Below are positions 27,298 to 38,957 of a DNA stretch of 64,000 bases, piece after piece. Below the pieces are notes generated by a model. The model was given only the letters and a program-made list of their open reading frames with translations, was not told the DNA's origin and searched no databases. Each line of letters begins with the position of its first letter. Position 1 is the first letter of the stretch. Made by a program: the position numbers and the translations under genes. Source of the DNA: Dipteris shenzhenensis (lineage: Eukaryota); NCBI GenBank assembly GCA_047967505.1, contig CM106538.1; one strand, 5' to 3'.

Positions 27298-28735
27298 ATG
27301 GCATCCGCATCCTAACGTTCAACGCAAGCTGCATATGCATCTCAAGATCCAAGCGTGAGGGGAAAGCAAGCCCATGAAGCACATGATGGACATGGATGAT
27401 GATACCCTCCTACCGACACGAAGAGATGAGGCGTGTGAAATTGCCAATGCAAGCAATTTTCATGATTCGAACAGTTGGAAATACAACTGCATCAATGCAG
27501 TGGTCTCCAATGATGACATTGTAGTGGTATGGGATTGCGTAGATGTTGAACATAGATCTCACATAGATAGTGGCCCATCAAGAATTGTCACCACCTCGCT
27601 ATGAAAGATAATGCATACTATATTCACTGCATGATCAAATATGAAAAGCCTCATAGCGGGGCCGTGCCACTTTACTTTGCAAAGATGTTATATGTAAAGT
27701 TTGTGTTGGACGTGCCTATAGACTTCACTGACAAACCCAAGACATGAGGCAAAAGGCCAACGCAATCACAACTAGCCAGCGCCATTGCTGTCCCTGTCGT
27801 TGCAACACCACCTACTAACGTGGGAAGCCCGATTTTAGGTAAGTGAAGTATATGCCATTTTGTTACATGTGGATTGTTATAGTTGTTATATCATACATAG
27901 CATACTCATTGGCCATGAGTTGGCCATATTGTGTGCTTGTGTAGTTTCTGTGATGACGAGCTTTGAATTATTTATGAACATGCGTGAAGTTGCGAAAGAT
28001 GAAGATGTAGAGGGCCCACATGCTGAGGGTTCACATGCTGCAATGCAAAGTGCTGTGTAGGAAGATCTCACCTTTTTAAGAATCATAGTAAATGATGTGT
28101 ATCAGCAGGCGATGAGCAAGAACAAGCGCCTACAAGCTGAAGTCAATCACCTAAATGCCATACTCCAACAAGTTGGTCAAAGGCAAGACCTGGAAAATGC
28201 ATACGAGGAGCAATGCTGCATCTCCAATGCATATTCTCAGCAAGTACGAGTTGCACAAGCGACCCTCCAACACATTGAAGATGGCGGTTGTGTGCGCAAC
28301 TTGGATCCAAATTTTGTGGGTATGGCAGCTAGAAAACCATCCACCCTTTCATCGTGTATCACCTTTGTGAATGATGGGCCTTTATGTCCAATATGCCAAG
28401 ATCGTTTTGATACGATGACTGGATATTATGCGCTATCATGTCATCATTGGTTTCACCTGGTATTCCTAGCAAATACGTTGAAGGCCAGGAGTGCCTGACC
28501 AATTTGTAATGCTCCCCAAGCTAAGCAATTGTACGATGTTCTTGGCATCGGAGCAACATTTTTCAGCGGATCCTCGGCTGTAGAGGCTATAGGCCCTGTA
28601 TATTGTAATGCTCGCTCGGGGTTTCAAGACCCATTGTTCTTTCTTCAAGTACAAGTTGAGACTGGTGGCGTGCAACTATTTCATCCACAATCGTGTTTGT
28701 ACTTGCGGCTATCTGACCACCCAAGACGGCAATGA
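27298..28735 (+). pseudogene. Coiled-coil plus RING-H2 finger protein (E3 ligase-like)
   Basis: CPIC..YALSCHHWFHLVFL..A*PIC is a RING-H2 with two lost Cys, preceded by a heptad-like stretch (KNKRLQAEVNHLNAIL). Probable intron GTAAG..TAG at about 27839-27944. Confidence 0.7.
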
Positions 28736-29089
28736 TCCTTTCCACTCTCGGAACCTTGCACTTTCCAATTTGTCTTCAAGGGTCGCCTAGGAAATGTTTC
28801 TACATACGAGTTTCTCAACCCATGTACTCTTCGTGGTAGATGTTACATCACTTTGTGGTAGTTACGAGCGTAACATAGTCTTGGGCTTTTGTAGGGTTTC
28901 GACCTTGTTTCTCTAAAGCCATGCTCACATACTCTGTATACACATACTAATAGATCAATAATGTGCAAAATTGTCAATTTCCATGTATAAAAACATTTCT
29001 CCAATCTTGAACAAATTTATTTCCCGAATATGTGTTGCATGGAGAAAGCATTTCACTCATTCTTATTCCATCAATGTTCAGTAAGTGCG

Positions 29090-30510
29090 CTAGACCTCGA
29101 GATGGAGCAACCATCCAATCGTCTTGCCCCCTCTCGACATAATTGGATGGTTATAGACGTGGTAATCTGCCTCCTAGGGACCTAGGCATGGGATGTCAAA
29201 TTTCCTTTTCCCACATCTTGCTCTTTCTCGAGTAAGCATCTATCTACACTATGATCTTTCATGACATCATGCTCTGACGCGAAAGTCAGTATTTCACACA
29301 CGCTAGTGCAATAGCTAGCATTGCTTTACATGCACGTGGTGCTGTTCTTCCAGCACTCTGCTCAGAGTCTTCAGTGGCATTACGCCCCCCCACCATGGCT
29401 GTTTGTCCACTCTCCGATGATTATGCCCTGAGAGGCTTGTAATTAGCATTTTGGCTCCTCGAGCTGTATCCATTTTGTGATTGCAGCCCGCTGGCCTTTA
29501 GGCCCTCTTGTACTCTTGCTTTCAAGTAATATAACTAGCACTACTTTTTGCGCAAAAAAAAAAGTCCTCGCATTTGGAGCTGTTTGGCAGCCTGGTCGGA
29601 CCTGTACGGAAGCAAGCGACCACACGTGTGACCATCCAGAGCCTCTCCAAGCAATTTTGTCACGGGAAGATTTTCTCTCTCACCTTCTACTTTTCAATCT
29701 TAACCATTCGGCACAATTATTCAAAGGATCTAAATGCATTCATTTATGTTACAAGCAATCTGAAACATCTGGACTCAAATAAATACACAAGGAACCTGCA
29801 ATATTGATTAAGAACATCAATGGTCTAAATCATTGTCAAATTTCATTAGAATAGTTCCATATAGTAAATGTCCACTCATTTACATCTTCAGCTTATACAC
29901 GGGTGATTCAATGTTCTGCATTGTTAATGCCTTGCAAGATGAGGCAGCAACGGATTCAACATTTGGTCCCTCACATCTCTTTATTAGTTTATCTTCATTG
30001 CCAATCAAATGTTTTCTTATCCTCATGGCTGATCTTGTAAAGACTTGGTTGTAGAAGTTGCACTTCACTTTTGATGCCCTAAGATAGTAACAAAATCCTA
30101 TGGTTTTGCAACACTTTGGCCTCTTCCTTGAGTCTTGTTTGGTGGTTGACGTTGCCCTAACTTCTCTATCTGCCATGGTTGCTGTACATGTAAAAGAGAA
30201 AAATCCATCTCAATTATTGATATGTTTTCAGCAACTTAAGACAATGTCACTAACATGCCATCGAAAACAAATGTATGTTTGCTAGACCTCAAGAGAGAGC
30301 AACCATCCAATTGTCTTGCCCCCTCCTGACATAAATGGATGGTTATGGATGTGGTAATCTGCCTATAGAAATAGGCGTGGAATGGAAAGTTGCCTTTTCC
30401 CATGTCCCGCTCTTTCTCATGTAAGCATCTATATGCACTATGATCATTTGCATCATCATGCTCTGTATGCGAATGCCGGTATTTCACATACACTAGTGCA
30501 GTAGCCAGGA
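29090..30510. repeat. Diverged direct repeat of about 230 bp (29090-29320 and 30281-30510) flanking the BED finger
   Basis: Shared CTAGACCTC..GAGCAACCATCCAAT.GTCTTGCCCCCTC...GTAAGCATCTAT...GTATTTCACA..CTAGTGCA. Confidence 0.85.
29880..30176 (-). pseudogene. BED-type zinc finger as found at the N-terminus of plant hAT transposases
   Basis: KVKCNFYNQVFTRSAMRIRKHLIG..IKRC fits KVKCxxC...RIxxHLxG...C, with the second Cys mutated to Tyr. Confidence 0.65.
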
Positions 30511-33499
30511 ATACCTACATGTGCACTTATCAAGACCCTTTGTTTGAATCTACAAAGTGAAGGATGCTACCTAAGAGCTACCTAAGTTAGACATATCTGA
30601 CGTAATTTTAGACATACATTTCATACCTATATAAGATTAGCTAATTGTTTTGAGATAAGATAACTACTATTTATCTTTGCACATAAATGTACAGTATACG
30701 ATGCCACAAATTTCTTTTTACAAGAAAACTAGTATAGTTTGTAATGATCTCTAATGTGTAATTTGCGGGTTGATACAACCTGGCAATTGCGAGCTACACA
30801 ACCGGCTAGAATTTCAACAAATTGTTATCATCTGGTGAATGCGAGCCACAACCGGTGGTATTTTTAGCTTCCTATTGCCTAATCAATACATATAAACTAT
30901 AATATATCATTTTCAATTTCACATCCATGTGCGAATAGTTACCGATCGACATATGCGGACCACCCATGGGCACATAGTTCAAAGGTATTTTGTATCCATA
31001 TGCGAGTAGTTACAAGTCGGCATAAGCGGATTCCCCACTGGCACATAGATACTTACAATCAATATCATATATATATTTTACTAGTTTTTTGTAACCTATA
31101 GACTATATAGCTAGTAACTTATAAAAAATGTGAGATTTCACTAAAATTTTAAAGCTAATTTCTACGAAAAAAACTTTTTTCCTTTTCCTTTTGTGAAAAT
31201 AACTTCAAATATATTTAAATGAAAACATTCTTTAAAAAGTAATCTTTCAAATCACAAACAATAAACCATCAACTTAGAGCTACACATTATCCATTTTGCA
31301 TCCTAGTGTGGGTAGATATCAGTTGGCCTAAGTGAGCCCACCACCGACACTGGACACTTTTTCAAAGGATATAAAAACTCACAAATTAGTTTGGAAGCTT
31401 TCTTTATCCCTTTTTCCTTGTCCTTCTTTGTTTTTTTTGAGACTCCAAGCAAAGCTGGATTCTCGAGAATGTGAATAGTATGAGGTTGGCACAAAGTATA
31501 TATAAGAAATTGCACCACACAGTATCTTTATAATACCACTCGGTATGCACCACAAACCCGCGTGATACATGGCTGAGACCGTGCGGTGTATACATCTCTT
31601 GCATGGTATAGGTTAACACCGGGCAGTATACCAAACGTTGTACCACACGGTAGGTGTTTTTATCATGTGATGACATGCTATAGCTGGTCTCGGTTAAAAA
31701 ACGTGATGGGGCCGGTTTAAATCGCTGTTGGGGGGTCAAAAACATTTTAATTCGGGGAATTAAAACGCTCGTTTTAATTCCCCTGCAAATCCCTACTCTT
31801 CGCTCTATTTACAGGAGCCCAAGAGAATCTTTCTTAAGGTTGAATTACAAGGAACCTAATCCTTTGTATACTCATGGTCTTCACATTGTCCATATCTTCC
31901 TTCTCAAGCTAAAAAGCTAACAAATTCTCTTATACACCTATGCCAACAAGATGATCTCGAGGTGATCAAAGACATTATTGATTAACAAACCCTCATATAT
32001 TGAGGTGATAAGAGGTGAAGAAATAGTCCCTATCACAATTTGAAGCAAGTGAAAACTAACATCATTAGTTTGATGGAATTCGGCTTTGCAAGGGTGAATC
32101 AATTGTGAGAAATCTCATGATGGGGCAAGAAACCCTGTTGCCCTCCCATGAGCTTCATGCTTGGTTGCCCTCTGTTTGGGGCATACACTTATACAATGCG
32201 GGTGGATAGAATATAAGCAAGTAGCACAGAAGTAAGAATAAGATTTGTGGGTAGTTGAGTGGCTGCTCAATGAGTGCCCCATATAGGTCTCCTTTCAATA
32301 TCAAGGGGACAATTTTATAGATCTCTCATGCAGTACCCTATAGCAATTTTAACCTCAAGATCTCTCTCCATCAATATCCTATACTACTACATAAGAGGCT
32401 ATTTCCGTTGTTTATTCCTCTTTCTCCCCTTAACATATGGAATAGAGCTGAGCTAGACTTGAATGGAAACACTCCTTGTTATTCCATTTTATATTATGCT
32501 TTGTTGAAACAAAATTATATTTACCAAATAAAGCATATTCATCACTCAAAAAAATGACTGGATGAAAGAAGTATTTATGCTACTTGTGATAATGTAATCA
32601 TGATAGAAGATAAAGGCATTTCTATGAAGAAGGACCATATAGAAAAATTCTTTCACATGCCTTCTACTTCAATAAAAAGATATCTTTAGTTTTTATTTCT
32701 TGTATAAATTTTTTCAAAAAAATATATTTTAAATGAGTTTGATTTTGGAGGAAATTGCCTTTGAATATCTCCTCATTTGAAAACTAGCAATATGAAAAAT
32801 TTGAATAGTCATTTTTTCAAGCCATCTATCATAGTGAAGCATGAATTCAGACCTGAGATTTAGACCCTCTTTTATCAATTAGAAGTCCCTTTGGTAGAAT
32901 GCAGTGAAAGCCGCGTGTCATGGGGAGGAAGAATAAGAGTCATGGATAATTGAATGTGTGCACCATATAGGCTCTCCACTCAACATGAATGGGATACGTG
33001 TAGGAGTCTTAAGAGAGTCTTAAGTTCTTGAAAGGAAAAGAATATCCATTTTATATCTCTCTCCATCAAACCCTTCAACAACTCCAAACCCAAGGAGTTA
33101 ACTAAGAAATATATGTGTGTGTATTCAATAGCAGGGGTTTTATTTTCTTGAGGAGTTACATAAATTATACATACATATGCAGTTTTTTAATTCAACAAGT
33201 AAAAATATCCATATCAGAGGGATATTTTTTTATCATCTCAAAATTTATAGAAGTGGTGTATATAGGTTGTAAAAATACAAAGCTAGGAGGTTTCTTAAAT
33301 ACCCATTGAACATGCTTGCTATATGCTATTTTCACACAATGCCTTGGGCCCCACACATTGAAATTCCAGGCAACTTACTAGCCTATAAAATACCCATTAA
33401 CTAGTTACTACCTTCAGGCAAGTTGCTTGTCTATTAAATAGGTGTCCTTTACCTTTAAGAACATTTAAGGCTTTTTGTCAATATCAAAGGGACAGGTAC

Positions 33500-34015
33500 A
33501 AGAAGTTGAATTTCTTAAAGGAAAAACAAGGATAATTTATGGCTCCCCCATTAATTTATGGCTCCCACACATTCAAGTTCTGGGCTCAATCTTCATTTGA
33601 GGCCAATATACATTCATACCTTGACAATGGAAAGCATTTTTCCATCATTGAGAGCCTCAGCACATGAGTAAGAAATACGCAGTCGGTGCCTTAGGCTGAT
33701 TTTGTTCACACATTATTATAGTCCATATAGCTAGAAGCATTTATTTGCAGAGTGCTTTGCATGTCGAAGTTGGCCATCCTTCATTGTCTTGCCCATAGAG
33801 CTCTCTACCACTGTAATTCAACCCACTGTAAGCACCAGATGCTAGCTTCCTATTGGCTAGACATGAAATAGAGCTCTAGTGCTCAAACTGGCACCCTCCA
33901 AAAGTGAGGTGTGAATTGTGAAATCAATGGTACTTCACCTTTGCCTCCATTTTTGTGCAAGCCTCCAAAGCTGGCTACTAGTGCTGCACAGTGGGCTTCT
34001 TGTGTAGAGAGCCAT
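33500..34015. repeat. Dispersed repeat, copy 2, immediately upstream of the UGT
   Basis: Homologous to 9451-9957. Confidence 0.85.
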
Positions 34016-34416
34016 TTGGGTTCAAGGAGAAGTGCCTTCACCCTTAGTGTTGGTTGAGGGATATGAATAAAAGTGACACTATCAAGAAACCACACCTTGG
34101 CACATTTTATGAGTGTAGGCCCAAAAGAGAGGAAAAGCATGACTCTTGTGAGAGGGGTAGCATCAGGAAATTACACCTTGGCATGTTTTATGAACTCGTG
34201 TAGGCTCGAGAAAGCATGATTCCCTTTGAGCCGTGCATCACCAGCCTCAGAGGGCGAGAGGGTTCATCTCCCATATCTTCCACTGCATTCCAAGGACAAC
34301 CTTCCTTGAATGCGTATTCTTTAAGGAGGCCTATAGAGAACCCATCGAGGGTGAGACTTGGACTACCCATCTTGGGCTAGCAATTTGCCAAGGCTTGGGC
34401 TACCAGCTTAGTAGGC

Positions 34417-35889
34417 ATGGCGCCTAGTTCAAAACCCCATGCCGTGGTGATCCCCCTCCCAGCTCAAGGGCACATTGCTCCCATGATGCACCTATCCAAG
34501 AAGCTTGCGGCCGACGGCTTCACTATCACTTTCGTTCTTACAGAACACCACCATGCCATCTTGGTGCGCACGGAGCCTGTACTCAAGGGGGAAGGTCTTG
34601 ACATTCGCTTGGTTGGACTCCCGGACGGGAGAGACTCCGGGAGTACCTCTGGTGAGGACAATACCATAGAGATGTGCAAAGCTTTCTCAAAAATGGAGGG
34701 CGTCCTGGGAGAACTTATTGGCAGGCTCATGAAGGAGGATCCGCCGGTAACGTGTGTCGTCTCAGACATACTTGGGGTATGCACGCAAGACGCCGCCAAC
34801 AAGTTTCGACTGCCGAGGCTGGCTTTCTGGACCGAGTCAGCAGCAACGTATGCTTGTATTATGCTGGCCTTGCAAGGATTCCGAGCTTCGGAAGGTAAGT
34901 CCATAACTACGCCTGATAACGTCAGACATTATCCATCCCTAGGAAGAGTTTTAATTCAATCGTGGATTTCTGCAGAGCCTTTACCAATAACCGCCGTCCC
35001 AGGAACGCCACCCCTCAAGTTTACAGACATGAATTCGTTTGTCCGAATCTACGATCCGCAAGATTTCATGTGCAGCTTCTTCCTGGATTCTTTTGCCAGG
35101 CTCGATGAGGCAGCTTGGATAGTTGTGAACACCTTCGACGAGGCTGAGCATGATACCCTGCAAGCTCTGAGAAAGCAGCACCAGATCTACACAGTTGGCC
35201 CTCTGTTGCCAATTTCTTTTTTCAATGGCCCGATGGATACCAAATTCAAGACGGCGGTGCTCTGGCCGGAAGAATCAGACTCTATACGGTGGCTGGACAA
35301 GCAACCATCCAGCTCGGTTCTCTACGTCTCCTTCGGAAGCATCGCAATACTATCGCGGGCACAATTCGAGGAGCTGGCTTTGGGGCTGGAGACAAGCCAG
35401 CAGCGGCTGCTGTGGGTGATCCGTTCGGACCTACTGCACGGAGACTCTATTCCGGAGGGCTACTTGGAGAGGGTGAAGGATCGTGCGTTCTTCGCGTCGT
35501 GGGTGCCGCAGCTGCAAGTGCTATCGCATCCGGCAACGGGCGGGTTCCTAACACACGCAGGATGGAATTCGACGCTGGAGGGCATAGTAGCAGGGGTGCC
35601 GATGCTGGCATGGCCATATTTTGCAGACCAGGGAATGAACAGGAGGTTCATAGTGGATGGGTGGAAGGTAGGGATGGAGATGGAAGCAAGCGAAGGCGAG
35701 GGGGGGGGGATAGTGAGGAGGGAGGAGGTGGAGAAGAAGGTGAGGGCGTTGATGGGAGGTCATGAATCCAAGGAGCTGCGCAGCAATGCTAAGAGGTGGA
35801 AGGCAGCAGCTCAAGCAGCTGTGCAGGAAGGAGGCTCTTCAGCTCGCAGCTTGGAGGCCTTGCTTAAGGCCATGCACCTTAGTGAGTGA
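34417..35889 (+). CDS. Family-1 UDP-glycosyltransferase (UGT85/86-like), probable exons 34417-34894 and 34976-35889
   Basis: N-terminal KPHAVVIPLPAQGHIAP with catalytic His; complete PSPG box WVPQLQVLSHPATGGFLTHAGWNSTLEGIVAGVPMLAWPYFADQ; terminal GGSS; GTAAGT...TTCTGCAG intron at 34895-34975. Confidence 0.95.
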   Translation: MAPSSKPHAVVIPLPAQGHIAPMMHLSKKLAADGFTITFVLTEHHHAILVRTEPVLKGEGLDIRLVGLPDGRDSGSTSGEDNTIEMCKAFSKMEGVLGELIGRLMKEDPPVTCVVSDILGVCTQDAANKFRLPRLAFWTESAATYACIMLALQGFRASEGKSITTPDNVRHYPSLGRVLIQSWISAEPLPITAVPGTPPLKFTDMNSFVRIYDPQDFMCSFFLDSFARLDEAAWIVVNTFDEAEHDTLQALRKQHQIYTVGPLLPISFFNGPMDTKFKTAVLWPEESDSIRWLDKQPSSSVLYVSFGSIAILSRAQFEELALGLETSQQRLLWVIRSDLLHGDSIPEGYLERVKDRAFFASWVPQLQVLSHPATGGFLTHAGWNSTLEGIVAGVPMLAWPYFADQGMNRRFIVDGWKVGMEMEASEGEGGGIVRREEVEKKVRALMGGHESKELRSNAKRWKAAAQAAVQEGGSSARSLEALLKAMHLSE

Positions 35890-36030
35890 TTAACTGAGTT
35901 GTTGTAGTTTATTCTCAAAATATAGTTAGTATCTTCACCCCTACAACAATGTATTAACCTTGCTTAAGGCCATGCACATTAGTGAGTGATTAACTGAGTT
36001 ATTGTGGTAGTTTATTCACAAAATATAGTT
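35858..36030 (+). repeat. Tandem duplication (period about 100 bp) of the UGT stop-codon region
   Basis: CCTTGCTTAAGGCCATGCAC.TTAGTGAGTGATTAACTGAGTT at about 35858 and about 35958. Confidence 0.9.
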
Positions 36031-37559
36031 CGACAACAACTGTATCTTCATCCTATCGACGGTATCATTTGCATAGAATATTCCCATGTGTTACCTTCAT
36101 CAAGATATCCATCAATCTAAGGTTATTCTTTTGTCTAAGGTTTACTAAAAGACTACGTCACGTACATGTGTGTTTTTTTCAGAGATTTATCTCTTTGATT
36201 CTTTTCTTTTATTTAAGTCATGTTCTTCAGCCCAATTTTACACATTTTTCTGTAGGCAGCCTAAAGGGATGTTTGGCTGTCAAGAGCTCTCAGTGTAACC
36301 TCTACAAATAAGTTTGTGTAAAAACTCGTGTAAAATCATATGAAACACAAAAAGCATACACATGCTTTTGATGATAAATCTATATTAAACGTTCCAACTT
36401 TGCAGCTAGAGCTCAATTGGTTGTGATTGACGCATTGTGAAGAATACATAAGAAGAATTTGTGGGAATAAGAGAGTGTCGCTCCAAACTCCCGTTGCTCA
36501 GAAATTCCAAGACCAAAGGCCTGTCGGAACACATTTGCTCAAGTACGTCTGTTTTCTGTCCTTTGCATTGCCTTTTCTGTTCTTTCCCGAATCTGCCTTT
36601 GCGACCTTCTCTTCGCTTTGCTTTCATCTTTCCTCTTTCTTTTGAATTCATCTCTGTTTTCGCTTTTCTCTTCTTTCGCGGAGGAACAACTCATAATTTC
36701 TCTTGATTTGCTGGATGCTAGGGAGGGGAAGCGGAGGAGGGGGGAGGACAAGCGAGAGGCTTCATAAATTTAGAAGAAATTACAGCTTCATAAGGCTCTC
36801 ATCTATTTAGTGCCTTTCATTTACATCAGGGATACTCATACGGACTTGTTCAACAGATCATGCTTCACAGAGATCAGAGCGTTGCATGGAAATAGATAGT
36901 CACTTGTCTAAGGATAGCAGTTTGAGAAGAGGGCTGGAGCGATAAACAGACAGCGATGCTTGCTTGTTATTGCAGAGGGGGTGAAAGATGATGCAGCATG
37001 CCATACAGGAAAGATGATGCCTATGCCAGCAAGAAGGGAGAGAGAAAGGCGCTTTGCATTTATGGAAGACAGAAGCTCACAGTGTTTGTATTCGTGCAGA
37101 CACTGAAACTAAAATGCATATTGTTAGTCTTGTAAGTCTTGCTAACCATCCGCACTAATCCATCCGTGCTTTCTGTCAATCTCCTGCTAAGGCCAATACT
37201 CACCTTACCGTAATCAAATCGTCTGGGTAGCTTTTCCAAGCGAATGCTTGTGATTTGTGCTAAGGTATCTTCTATATTGCGTATGCAGAGTAATCTGCAA
37301 TTTCCTGTGAATCTCCTGCTACTGTTAGTGTTCTTAGTCTCTTTAAGGATCCGTCGCCCGCTCGGAGGCACAGGCAGAGCAACGATCCACAGGGGTGTAC
37401 CTCCGAAGTGTTCCCGCTCGGACTCTTGATCAAGAGGGCTTTTGGCAATCCTCTCGTCCTTTTACTATGGACGAGCTATGGACCCTGCGAGGTTGAGTGG
37501 AGAGAATCTGCACGGAGAATTACGTGATTGCCTCGTGTGCTCCTTCTCTGATGACGAAT

Positions 37560-38040
37560 CCATAACGCATTACCTCCCCCTCTGCACTAATGTCATCTAT
37601 GCAACAGGGTTTGACAGGATAGAAATCGCATGGGGGATAGAGGGACTGCCCCCTTATCATTCCTTCAATGCTCACTGTGGTATTATTGTGCTAGGTCTAT
37701 TCGGATGCGGGATTAGGTACGTGGAGTAGAAGACGGATAGACGGAAGGGATTGGAGCGATAAACCTAGGAGCGTGATGTCAAAGGAGACATTGAAGGTTC
37801 CTTTGCCTCAAGATCTATCCCTCGCCTTCAACTCACTAGTGGGAGCAATTCCCGAAGCCCTTGCCAGTCTTCCCGATCTTGATAGGAATCCTTTGAGGAT
37901 TGTACCGAGCTTCAGCCGACTAGAGATCTCTTAGAAAACAGACTAGAAGGCTAGGTTCCGCCGGCCTCTCTGGGGAAGCTGATGAGCTTACTATAATTTG
38001 TTAGCAGGGCATATACCCAATGAATTGGGGGCTCTGCAGC
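37560..38040 (+). pseudogene. Gene fragments: FAD-dependent oxidoreductase-like piece followed by plant extracellular LRRs
   Basis: CTNVIYATGF..HCGIIVLGLFGCGI (37575-37715); then DLSLAFNSLVGAIPEALASL, LENRLEG*VPP and NLLAGHIPNELGAL, which match the plant LxxNxLxGxIP consensus. Confidence 0.55.
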
Positions 38041-38464
38041 ATCACTGCGCTTGGAGGAGCCTGTCACTCCTCCCTCTTCTCGGCTGTCCACTTATCTGCT
38101 CTCATCTCACAGGTGAGACTGCACTCTATGTGGCAAACTCTCTGCCTCGCTGCCCACGTTGGATGTCTCATATGCTTCCTGGCTTACCATTTGAAACGTC
38201 CTCTGCCTGGCTTAGCAGTGCTAGAACATTTCACCTCCCAATATGACTCTAAATGAATTCGCTGATTTTCTATTCAATCATGATAGAAAAAAAACTTGGG
38301 CGTTCACACTTTGGTTTGAGAGTAAATGAAAGATATAACTTGAGCTAGACTGCACTCAGATTCCTATTTAGTAGAACTGTCGAGACTTATATCTATGTGC
38401 GCACGTGCTAGGGCTTCCAAAAATACAAAAGAGTATAGATGTATGATCTGAAAGAAGATGTTTT

Positions 38465-38890
38465 AACAGTTGCTGTCAATTTTGTGCCTTGGAGTATTTC
38501 CATTAGGTTTTGCTCGTATGGTATATTGATTGACAATTTTTCCCACATGATAAAATTTTTGAATTTGTAAAATTCATTGTGCGATATCTATTTTTTACCT
38601 TGGGGTATTTCTGCAAGGATTTGCTCATATGGTATATTGTCTGATCTTGTCTTAATTACCTTAAAACCCAAAATAAAAGAGATTACAGATGCATGATAAT
38701 GTTTTTACACATGCTGTCAACTTTGTACCTTGGAGTATTTCCGTAAGGTTTTGCTCAAATGATATATTTTTTGACCATGTTTTCAACATAATTTTTTTAA
38801 AATATTTGTTGAGTTCACTATGCAATATCAACTTTGTACCTTGGGGTATTTCCACAAGGATCTGCTCATATGGTATATTGGCATGATCTT
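38465..38890. repeat. Tandem repeat, period about 120 bp, 4 copies
   Basis: TTTGT.CCTTGG.GTATTTC....GG.TTTGCTC.TATGGTATATT near 38480, 38592, 38723 and 38833. Confidence 0.9.
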
Positions 38891-38957
38891 AACTTTGCAA
38901 TTGTCACATAATTTTAAATTTTCTGTCTCTTAACTTTGTATTTTGCTTTTGTTTAGG

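Larger units (their letters stand above)
25024..31795. mobile_element. hAT-like DNA transposon derivative carrying cargo genes
   Basis: Ends are CAGGGATTT and AAATCCCTA (reverse complement TAGGGATTT; compare maize Ac C/TAGGGATGAAA). 8-bp flanks CTCTTGGC (25016-25023) and CTCTTCGC (31796-31803) differ at one base. ACCG/CGGT-rich subterminal regions at both ends and an internal hAT-type BED finger. Confidence 0.75.

Noticed and set aside
31804-33480. AT-rich interval with small hairpins
   Set aside because: No TIR/TSD pair, coding signal or repeat that I could support.
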